Below, one piece after another: positions 17,853 through 25,722 of a DNA stretch of 64,000 nt (positions are counted from its first letter, which is position 1; each line of letters starts with the position of its first letter). The translations under genes and the position numbers were made by a program. Origin of the DNA: Sedimentisphaerales bacterium. GTDB lineage: Bacteria > Planctomycetota > Phycisphaerae > Sedimentisphaerales > Anaerobacaceae. The notes under the pieces are model-generated. The model searched no databases. It saw nothing but the letters and a program-made list of their open reading frames with translations, and was not told the DNA's origin. The stretch lies in the NCBI GenBank assembly GCA_040772485.1, contig JAXGYC010000010.1:224001-288000 (forward strand). The letters run 5' to 3'.

Positions 17853-19511
17853 TCACGGCACCGGACCGCTGCTCTCCAACTGGCTGAAGTATTCCTTCAC
17901 CGCTTCTTCATAGCGGCGCGGGATCTGATTCTCGCTGATCGCTTCGGCGGCGCTGGCCCGCCCGGCCTGCACCACTTCAGCGAAGCTGCGCCGCGCCTCG
18001 CCCTTGACCTGCGCGTCCTTGAAATACCAACTGGCGATGATCGGCCCATCGTCCGACTTGCCCACGGACCGCGTCGTCTTCGTGTCGCTTTCGATCTCCA
18101 TCGGCTGCGAGTATGGCCCTGGCGAGGTGCCGATACCCTCTCCCTGCCCCCCGCCGGAGCCGATTCTCCAGCCCTTTCCCATGCCGGAATACATGCCCTC
18201 GCCAAGACACCCCATGCAGCGGCCGATCTCGTCGAGGCTGGCCCGCAGCATGATCGCCTCCTGATGAAGTGATTCGATCGCGCTGAGCTGATCGATCGCG
18301 TCGGTCAGTTCGTCCGCCATCAGGCCGCCCGCGCCGCCGCCGGCCGCCCCGAAGCCCTGTCCCAGGGCGGCGCAACGTCCCTGCGCCGCCTGGCAGGCCG
18401 CGACCTTCTGCATGAGTTGCTCGATCATCTCGGGCTTGAGCCCCTGTTGACGCAACGCCTGCTCCAACTGCTCCCGCGTCATTTGGGCCATTTTCTTGTC
18501 GAGTCCGAGCTTCTCCAGTTCCTGCTCCAGCTCGCGCTTGTCCTGGGCCAGTTTCTGGAGTTCCTGGGCCAACTGCTGCAACTGGTCGGCCATCTCCTTA
18601 CGTTTCTCGGCGGGCAAAGTCCCCTCAGACAACTGCTTCTGCAACTGCCCGAGCATGTTAGCGGCCTGGGCGAAGTCGCCCTTGGCCATCGCCATGCGAA
18701 TCTGCTGTGAGAACGGATCGGCCGAGCCGCGCAGGCGTTTGAGCATCTGCTGCATGACCTCGGCCGCATCGACCTGGGCGCTGCTCTGCATCTGCTTGAT
18801 CTTCTCCGAGAGGTCACCCAGGGCCTTGATCGCCTGGCGCTTCATCTCCTCGGGCGTCCCCGCCTCGGCCAGCCCGTCGAGCTTACGCAGGTCTTCCGCC
18901 AGGTTCGGATCGCCCAGGCCCTTTACCGCCGCCTTGACGGCATCCGTGGTCTGGCGGACGTCGGTCTGGGTCTGGCGGACCTCCGCCGCCTGCTGCTGTT
19001 TCTGCTGCCGGTCTCGAAGGAATCCGAGCAGGTCCTTCTGCGGCAGGAACAGGACCAGCGCTGTCGCGACGATCCACACGCCGGCGCCGTAGAACCACCC
19101 GCGTGACACCCGAATGGGAAAATGCCCGCGAAGGTTCGCACCCTCGATGGTACGAAGGGACTCGGACCGGGCCGCGATCGCAAAGGGATCGTCAGACTTC
19201 GCCAGCGCCAGCGTCGTGCTGAACCGCTCGCTGAGCTTCAGTCGCTCATCCAGCAGCAGGGACGCCTGCATGCGGCTGGGCAACCTCAGCAACCACGGGA
19301 CGAGAACGAGTGTGACCGAGGCCGCCGCAAACACCCACAGGCTCTGGGGCGTTCGGACGGGCACCGCCAGCAGACGCTCGACGAGGATCGCCAGCGAGAC
19401 GATGATGCCCGCAACGACCAGTACGCGGCCCATCTGGCGCAAAAACAGATTCACGCCGCACCGGATGCGGACCGCCCGGACCTTCCTTCCAAATGACTTC
19501 GCCAAGGACAT
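17853..19511 (-). CDS. Membrane-anchored coiled-coil protein, first gene of the MoxR cluster
   Basis: N-terminal TMs, LDERLKLSERFSTT, a Q/E/K-rich coiled coil, a Gly-rich linker and C-terminal IPRRYEEAVKEYF. Confidence 0.8.
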   Translation of the reverse strand: MSLAKSFGRKVRAVRIRCGVNLFLRQMGRVLVVAGIIVSLAILVERLLAVPVRTPQSLWVFAAASVTLVLVPWLLRLPSRMQASLLLDERLKLSERFSTTLALAKSDDPFAIAARSESLRTIEGANLRGHFPIRVSRGWFYGAGVWIVATALVLFLPQKDLLGFLRDRQQKQQQAAEVRQTQTDVRQTTDAVKAAVKGLGDPNLAEDLRKLDGLAEAGTPEEMKRQAIKALGDLSEKIKQMQSSAQVDAAEVMQQMLKRLRGSADPFSQQIRMAMAKGDFAQAANMLGQLQKQLSEGTLPAEKRKEMADQLQQLAQELQKLAQDKRELEQELEKLGLDKKMAQMTREQLEQALRQQGLKPEMIEQLMQKVAACQAAQGRCAALGQGFGAAGGGAGGLMADELTDAIDQLSAIESLHQEAIMLRASLDEIGRCMGCLGEGMYSGMGKGWRIGSGGGQGEGIGTSPGPYSQPMEIESDTKTTRSVGKSDDGPIIASWYFKDAQVKGEARRSFAEVVQAGRASAAEAISENQIPRRYEEAVKEYFSQLESSGPVP

Positions 19512-19600
19512 CTGCACTGCTCCCGCAACGCCGCACCTGCACACTGGTGTTCAGGCACGCCGCCGACCTGCTGCTGTGTTCACGCACGCCTATTCAGTAG

Positions 19601-19626
19601 GACGTGCCGCATTCGCAAAGGTTACA
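19601..19626 (-). promoter_or_regulatory. Candidate ECF-sigma promoter for the MoxR-vWA-ABC operon
   Basis: Minus strand TGTAAC-N16-CGTC, ~90 nt upstream of ATG 19511; fits the generic ECF 'AAC'/'CGT' pattern. Confidence 0.5.
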
Positions 19627-19661
19627 CGGTTTCAGGTGGATTTCCAGTCGCGGCCGCATTT

Positions 19662-21044
19662 CTACCGTTCGACTCCGAACGTGATGTCGTACGTCTGGCC
19701 CAAAGCTCTTTGGGACCGAGACGGAGGTTCCCAGCCTCCATCGTCCCGCCCATCCTCGCCCACGCTGTACACCACGAACCCCGACCGCAGCCGCTCGTAC
19801 CGCAGTTCTCTGCCTGTGAACGGATCGGCAGGGACATTCTCAAGAAGACCCGGAGCGCAGTCGGCGAGGGCCTCCGGCAAAGCGCCTTGGGCCAGGCGAT
19901 GCCGCTCGACCGCCAGAGCCGCCCGCACACATTCGATCCGAGCGGTCCGCGAGAGCCAGATTCTCAGAGCACCCGAGAACCCGCCTTCGGCCATGCACGC
20001 CAGGAGCATGGAACGGCGGAGCCGTGGCTCCCACTGCGCCTGGACCCGCGTCATCTCCGCCTGCCAGCGGGACATCGGCTTCCGCGTGACATCGATATAC
20101 GACTCTGCTACATCGATGAACAGGGTCCCATCACGCGATGGCAATCCCATCGCCCCGTAGACCGCCGCAATCGGCGCCCGAGGCAGCCTGTCCGGATACC
20201 GTTCCAGCCGCCGGAACCCAGGCAGCATCATGCAGCGATGGTATGCCAAGGCCTGCGCCATGGTCTCGGGTCGATCGCTTTCGCCGATCGCCTGCTGGAG
20301 CCGGTGCAATTGTTCATCGGTAAGACTGCACCGGCCCAGTCCCCACTCCAAGATCACTGCCACGTCATCGCACGCCTCGATATACGTGAGCATCGCACTC
20401 AGTGTCGACACCTGCCGCATGAATCGCGCCAATCGAAGGGCCGCAATCAGCGCATCGACCGCCGCCTCCGTCTGCCCGTCGTCGAACGACTGCAACGCCG
20501 ATAGACACAGCAAACCGCCGCTGCGATACGTCCTGTGCAAAGACCAATCGGCCGCGTCATCGAACGACCAGGGCACAGGATATCGGCAGGCATCGAGACG
20601 GACCGCTCGATGAACCCGCTCGATACCTTCGCGATTCTCATCGAGAAACCGCGTCACGATCTCCTTCACGTCCGGGGGCATCGGCTGGCCGCGCGCCGGC
20701 ATCTCGCCATCCCCCGCCAGCGGCAGCAGCTTGACCTCCTGGACCGCCAGCGAATCGCGATAGAGCTCGGCCGCCTCTCTGAGCAGGTCGGCCGCGTTCG
20801 CCTGCCCCGGCGCCAGCGGCGGATACATCGCTTCGAGCTGTTCGGCGCGGACAGGATAACCCGCCGCTTCCAGCGCCGCGACGCGCGCCTCGAACTGCCA
20901 CCGCCAGTACAACCGCCGCGAGAGAAGACCCAGGGCCAGCAGGACCAGCAGAATCAGCACCGCATACCACCAGCGAGAGTGTCGCCGGTGCCGCTTCGCG
21001 TCGTCGCATTCCAACGAGATCGCTTCTCCGCTCGTTTCCGACAT
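19662..21044 (-). CDS. Hypothetical protein with an N-terminal TM and a GspG/pseudopilin-like C-terminal motif
   Basis: 460 aa; C-terminus ALAVERHRLAQGALPEALAD...PADPFTG..LRY....FVVYSVGEDGRDDGG. Confidence 0.75.
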   Translation of the reverse strand: MSETSGEAISLECDDAKRHRRHSRWWYAVLILLVLLALGLLSRRLYWRWQFEARVAALEAAGYPVRAEQLEAMYPPLAPGQANAADLLREAAELYRDSLAVQEVKLLPLAGDGEMPARGQPMPPDVKEIVTRFLDENREGIERVHRAVRLDACRYPVPWSFDDAADWSLHRTYRSGGLLCLSALQSFDDGQTEAAVDALIAALRLARFMRQVSTLSAMLTYIEACDDVAVILEWGLGRCSLTDEQLHRLQQAIGESDRPETMAQALAYHRCMMLPGFRRLERYPDRLPRAPIAAVYGAMGLPSRDGTLFIDVAESYIDVTRKPMSRWQAEMTRVQAQWEPRLRRSMLLACMAEGGFSGALRIWLSRTARIECVRAALAVERHRLAQGALPEALADCAPGLLENVPADPFTGRELRYERLRSGFVVYSVGEDGRDDGGWEPPSRSQRALGQTYDITFGVER

Positions 21045-21068
21045 ATCCTGTCCTTTCTCTGGGCTGCG

Positions 21069-21098
21069 ATTCTACCGCCGTCTCGCTCATCCTGTCAA
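21069..21098 (-). promoter_or_regulatory. Sigma70-type promoter
   Basis: TTGACA-N18-TAGAAT just upstream of ATG 21044. Confidence 0.7.
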
Positions 21099-21349
21099 AC
21101 CCTGCTTGCCTGCCAGGCACATGCTCGGACGGAATACCCAGGTGCACGGACTCGCCAGACAGCTCGACGGCGTGCCGGCCGATACAGGACGCGCCATCTG
21201 CGGAGTGGCAGGCATGCCATAGGGCTGGTACCGGTTGTGCCGAAGATAAGATTGTGGTGACGCAGCTTGTGCGGTAGTCTATGGGGCATAAAACAGAGGC
21301 ATGACGGCCGTAGCACGTTCGAAATCCTTTTTGGGTGGAGGCACAGACC

Positions 21350-22690
21350 ATGAAATCGATGAGACGTCGCGACTTTCTCAAGAGCACGCTGGCCGCATCG
21401 GCTGTCGGTACGGCGCCGTTCAATATCCTCAAGGCGGGTCCCTCGCCCAACAGCAAGCTCAATATCGCCTGCATCGGGGTAGGCATGCAGGGCTCGGGCA
21501 ACGCCGAGTATCTGGCAGGCACCGACAACGTGATCGCCCTGTGCGACGTCGATGAGGACTGGTGCGGCAAACAGACTCGGAATCGCACCCGTCTGCACGG
21601 GATCAGACTCTGGACCGACTACCGCGTGATGTTCGACAAAATCGGCAAGGACATCGACGCCGTCCTGATCGCCACGCCGGAACACAATCACTACACGATC
21701 GCAACCTACTTCATCCGGCGGGGCAAGCACGTCTACTGCCAAAAGCCGTTGTGCCACACGGTCAACGAGGTCCGCATGCTGACGGAGGAAGCGAAGAAGT
21801 ATCCAAAGGTCGTCACGCAGATGGGCAACCAAGGCCATTCCGGCACCAGTTCAGCCCTGCTGCGGGACTGGGGCCAGGCCGGGTCGGTCGGCCCTATCCG
21901 AGAGGTCGTCTGCTATTCCACCAAGAACTACTGGATCGACAAACCGCCCGTAGAGGGCAGCGTCGTGCCGGACACCCTGGACTGGGACCTGTACCTGAAC
22001 CGGGCGGAGATGATCCCCTTCAGCACCAGCTACATGAACCGCGAGTGGATCCGGTATACGCACTTCAGCGGTGCGGTGGGCGACATGGCGGCACACATCT
22101 TCGATCCGGCCTACTACGCCCTGGACCTGCGCGTGCCGCTCAGCGTGCGGGCGGAGGTGAAGACCCCCGCCTATCCCGGATCGCTTCCGAGGTCCGGCGT
22201 CATCACGTATGAGTTCGGCCCGCGAGGGAACATGCCGCCGGTCACGATGAAGTACTACCTGGGCGACGACATCGAGTTTCCGCGTCCCAAGCATCTGGAG
22301 CCCGAGCGTCGCGGGATCGACAGCGGTTCAGTCATGGTTGGCGAACACGCTTCGATCATGGCGGGGAGCCACAGCCAGGGCGCGCGGATCATTCCCGAGA
22401 GTGTGATGAAAGAAACGCCCCGCCCGCCGGCGGTGGCGTTCCGCTGCAAGGGTCGGACACACTTCGACAACTGGACGCTGGCCTGCAAGGGCGAGGACAC
22501 GGCCATGTCGTCGTTCGACTACGCCGGACCGCTGTCGGAGATCATCGTCCTGGGCGACATCGCCCTGCTGCACCCCGGCCGGACGCTGCTCTGGGATGCG
22601 AAGAACATGAAGATCACCAACGATGAGGAGGCCGACAAGAGCCTCTTCATGCGGCGTCTCGCCCCCCGCGATCACCTGAACTGGTGCTGA
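21350..22690 (+). CDS. Tat-exported Gfo/Idh/MocA NAD-dependent oxidoreductase
   Basis: MRRRDFLK Tat motif, IACIGVGMQG, IATPEHNH, HVYCQKPL and QMGNQ. Confidence 0.92.
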   Translation: MKSMRRRDFLKSTLAASAVGTAPFNILKAGPSPNSKLNIACIGVGMQGSGNAEYLAGTDNVIALCDVDEDWCGKQTRNRTRLHGIRLWTDYRVMFDKIGKDIDAVLIATPEHNHYTIATYFIRRGKHVYCQKPLCHTVNEVRMLTEEAKKYPKVVTQMGNQGHSGTSSALLRDWGQAGSVGPIREVVCYSTKNYWIDKPPVEGSVVPDTLDWDLYLNRAEMIPFSTSYMNREWIRYTHFSGAVGDMAAHIFDPAYYALDLRVPLSVRAEVKTPAYPGSLPRSGVITYEFGPRGNMPPVTMKYYLGDDIEFPRPKHLEPERRGIDSGSVMVGEHASIMAGSHSQGARIIPESVMKETPRPPAVAFRCKGRTHFDNWTLACKGEDTAMSSFDYAGPLSEIIVLGDIALLHPGRTLLWDAKNMKITNDEEADKSLFMRRLAPRDHLNWC

Positions 22691-22760
22691 CGGCAAAAAC
22701 CCATAGTGACCGCCCGTAACGTGATCTGACGGAGCGGTTGCCGCATTGAGGAGCACGACC

Positions 22761-23747
22761 ATGAAGAGCAACGAACGAGCGAACGAACGACGAACGATCT
22801 CCCGCCGGGAACTGCTGGGAGGGGCTGCAGCCGCGGCGGCCCTGGCCATGGCGCCGGGGGGCGCGATGCGCCGCGTCGGCGCCCAGCCGGCGGGCAAACC
22901 CAACTCCAATTTCAACGGGGTGCAGATCGGGACGATCACCTACAGCTTCCGCGACCTGCCCGGCACGGCGGAGGACATCCTCAAGTACGTCGTGCGGTGC
23001 GGGATCAGCTCGATCGAACTGATGGGCGAGCCGGTCGAACAATACGCCGGAGTCCCCGCTGCGATGCGCGGACGCCGGGAGATGACCGACGAGCAGCGCA
23101 AGGCCATGGAGCAGAGCCGCGAAGCGCAGCTCCAGTGGCGTCTGTCGGCTCCGATGGAGAAGTTCCGGGCGCTGCGCAAGATGTACAATGACGCAGGCGT
23201 CAACATTCACATTGTCAAGTTCGGCAATATCGGCGACGGCAACATGAGCGACGGCGAGATCGACTACTACTTCAACGTCGCCAAGGCGCTCGGCGCCCGG
23301 GGTATCACGCGCGAGCTGTCGGAAGACGCGGCCAAGCGGCTGGGCCCCATCGCCGACCGGCACAAGATCATGATCGGCTTCCACAATCATACGCAGATGA
23401 CGCCGACGACCTACGATGGACCGATTCTGTCCTACGGCAAGTACCTCGGGATCAACTTCGACATCGGCCACTACGTCGCGGGCACCAATCAGTCTCCGAT
23501 TCCGATCATCGAGAAGTTCCGCGATCGTATTCTCAGCCTGCACCTGAAGGACCGCAAGGTCAACAACGGCCCGAACATGCCGTTCGGCCAGGGCGACACA
23601 CCGGTGGCGCTGGTTCTCCAGTTGCTCAAGAGAGAAAAGTGGGACGTCCCGGCCGACATCGAGTTGGAATACCCCGTCCCCCAGGGTTCGGACTCCGTCG
23701 CCGAGACGACCAAGTGTGTTCAGTTCTGCAGGCAGGCGCTGGCCTGA
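22761..23747 (+). CDS. Tat-exported sugar-phosphate isomerase/epimerase (AP_endonuc_2 TIM barrel)
   Basis: ISRRELLG Tat motif and metal-site motifs GFHNH, NFDIGH, LHLKD and DIELEY. Confidence 0.9.
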   Translation: MKSNERANERRTISRRELLGGAAAAAALAMAPGGAMRRVGAQPAGKPNSNFNGVQIGTITYSFRDLPGTAEDILKYVVRCGISSIELMGEPVEQYAGVPAAMRGRREMTDEQRKAMEQSREAQLQWRLSAPMEKFRALRKMYNDAGVNIHIVKFGNIGDGNMSDGEIDYYFNVAKALGARGITRELSEDAAKRLGPIADRHKIMIGFHNHTQMTPTTYDGPILSYGKYLGINFDIGHYVAGTNQSPIPIIEKFRDRILSLHLKDRKVNNGPNMPFGQGDTPVALVLQLLKREKWDVPADIELEYPVPQGSDSVAETTKCVQFCRQALA

Positions 23748-23773
23748 CCGATAGGGCAACCCAAGACCATTGA

Positions 23774-23820
23774 ACGGGCCGTCTGTTCTGCCAGCCGCGA
23801 ACGGCCGGCCCGTCTTCTTT
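23774..23820 (+). terminator. Hairpin terminator between convergent genes
   Basis: acgggccgtctgttc pairs with gaacggccggcccgt and is followed by cttcttt. Confidence 0.6.
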
Positions 23821-23878
23821 GCCCCGGAAGCCTCGGCGTTGTCCGTGCACGGCGGATAGGTGACGTATTGCCCACGAT

Positions 23879-24718
23879 TCAGATCGCCTTGGATGGGATC
23901 GAATCGGAGGGGTGCAGAACGATGCCATACCTCCGCCAGCGAGACGTGAACTCCTCGTGTGTCATCTCAATGCGTCCCTGCAAGGGGTCGCCGACCACAA
24001 CGACAGACTCCGCCACGTCCAGAACTGTCACGAAATGATCGATCAGAAAGGCGAACTTGACCACGGCGATCACCGGCACCCGGTCGCAGAGTTCTGAGAT
24101 GCTACAGAAATGGACTTGGCGGCACGGCACACCATACCGCTCCATAATCGCATCGCAGAGGACATCCGGCTGCGTCCCGGTGAAACGTGTGGTGTGAGCC
24201 AGGATAGCCAATTCCCCTTCTTCCGCTTCGATGCCGATGACGCGAAGCGCTGTCACCGCCGCCGCAGGTCCACAGGTGTATCCAGTGCCCTGAAGGCACA
24301 CCCCACCATAATCCACGGTGGTCCGGAGACTCGCAAGCTCATGGTAGTTCATGGCCGGAGCCAGAAAGGGCAGCACCGACAGATTCACCACACAGACGAC
24401 CATGAGGATCGAGAGCCATACCCGGTCGCGTCGCCGCGACAGACGGGACAGCGGCGTCGTCAGCAGCAGGGTACAGATGACCGCCAGCAACGCAAACTCC
24501 ACTCGCCCTGCCATGATCCATTCAAACGGGGGATGCTGTTCGAGTCTCGGCCACCACCGCGCCAAACTGATGGTGATCATCAGCAGCAATGGCGCTACAT
24601 AGCCGACTAACCACCAGGGCCGACGCCATCTCGAACAGTGAAGGCCCGACAGAACGCCGGTGCCTGCAAGGGCCACAACGCCCAGGGTCTCAAGAAATGC
24701 CGATACTACCGGTGACAT
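23879..24718 (-). CDS. Membrane-bound C39-family cysteine peptidase
   Basis: About four N-terminal TMs, then CLQGTGYTCGPAAAVTAL (Q..C), DHFVTV (H) and VVGDP (D). Start MSPVV. Confidence 0.85.
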   Translation of the reverse strand: MSPVVSAFLETLGVVALAGTGVLSGLHCSRWRRPWWLVGYVAPLLLMITISLARWWPRLEQHPPFEWIMAGRVEFALLAVICTLLLTTPLSRLSRRRDRVWLSILMVVCVVNLSVLPFLAPAMNYHELASLRTTVDYGGVCLQGTGYTCGPAAAVTALRVIGIEAEEGELAILAHTTRFTGTQPDVLCDAIMERYGVPCRQVHFCSISELCDRVPVIAVVKFAFLIDHFVTVLDVAESVVVVGDPLQGRIEMTHEEFTSRWRRYGIVLHPSDSIPSKAI

Positions 24719-24818
24719 GTCACTCCTCTCTCGAAGTCTCTCCAGACTATACACACCTGGCAAGGCGCGTGAGAACTCAATCGCTGCGAATCTCCCAGTA
24801 CCCCCAGCGATCCTGGCG

Positions 24819-25400
24819 TCATGCGGTCCCCCGACAGACGACGGGCGCAAGGCGGTCGCGGAGGGCGAAGCCGAGGGCAAGACCGAGACCCAGGGCGGTG
24901 GACAATCTCGCGTAGAGGCGCAGATAGAGCCCAACCTCCGCCGGACGGAACAGAACCAACAGGACCACACCCGCCAGGAAGTAGAGCGCGATCGAGACAG
25001 CCGCCCAAGCCAGAAACGTCCGCCAGAAGCTCGGACGCGAACGTCGGGGCAGAAGCCTCGCGTTCACGAATACGATACCGGTCAGGGCAATCATCAGAAC
25101 GATGGTGTGCACCGCGACCCGCGCCGATGCACCGGGGGCGAAACCCAGCATGCCGACGGTCAGCACAACAGCAGCAGTCAACAGACCGGCCGACCTCCGG
25201 CGGCGCGCCGCGAACACGAGCACGCCGACCAGGAAGCCGTTGACAACCACCTGGAACGCAGGCGAAGCGGGCGATATCGCCCGAGCCCCGAAGGCCATCA
25301 GCGCCGTCAGAAGACACGCCGCCGTCGGGAAGGCCACCGTCAACACGCCTTCGACCGCCCAACTGCCTTGCGACAGAATCGCTTGATCCGTCTTCTGCAT
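24819..25400 (-). CDS. Hypothetical multi-pass membrane protein
   Basis: Almost entirely hydrophobic helices; RBS-like GAGGGG and a promoter upstream. Confidence 0.65.
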   Translation of the reverse strand: MQKTDQAILSQGSWAVEGVLTVAFPTAACLLTALMAFGARAISPASPAFQVVVNGFLVGVLVFAARRRRSAGLLTAAVVLTVGMLGFAPGASARVAVHTIVLMIALTGIVFVNARLLPRRSRPSFWRTFLAWAAVSIALYFLAGVVLLVLFRPAEVGLYLRLYARLSTALGLGLALGFALRDRLAPVVCRGTA

Positions 25401-25471
25401 CGCGTCGCGACCCCTCAATGCGACCGTTCTCTGCTCAGGATGGTGCGCATCGGCTCGTCCTTTGCAGAGGC

Positions 25472-25500
25472 ATTATGGCCGAGACGATCGAGACAGGCAA
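25472..25500 (-). promoter_or_regulatory. Sigma70-type promoter
   Basis: TTGCCT-N17-CATAAT. Confidence 0.55.
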
Positions 25501-25589
25501 GCGACATGTCCTCGCCGACAGTCCGCGCGCAGAGCGTGATGGACGCCTCGCTGCAAGCGGATCACGACACGTTGCGACGATTTTGGCGA

Positions 25590-25617
25590 TTGCTTACCGC
25601 CAAAGGATCGTTATAAT
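25590..25617 (+). promoter_or_regulatory. Sigma70-type promoter of the S8 gene
   Basis: TTGCTT-N16-TATAAT. Confidence 0.55.
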
Positions 25618-25722
25618 GGGCAATATAGGTCCCGTGCGGAAGGCGATGGCCTTGCAGGAGCGGGGGACTCGGTTGGCGGTCCATTGGGAGCGTTATGGAA
25701 GAATGTGGTGGAGGCAGTACGC

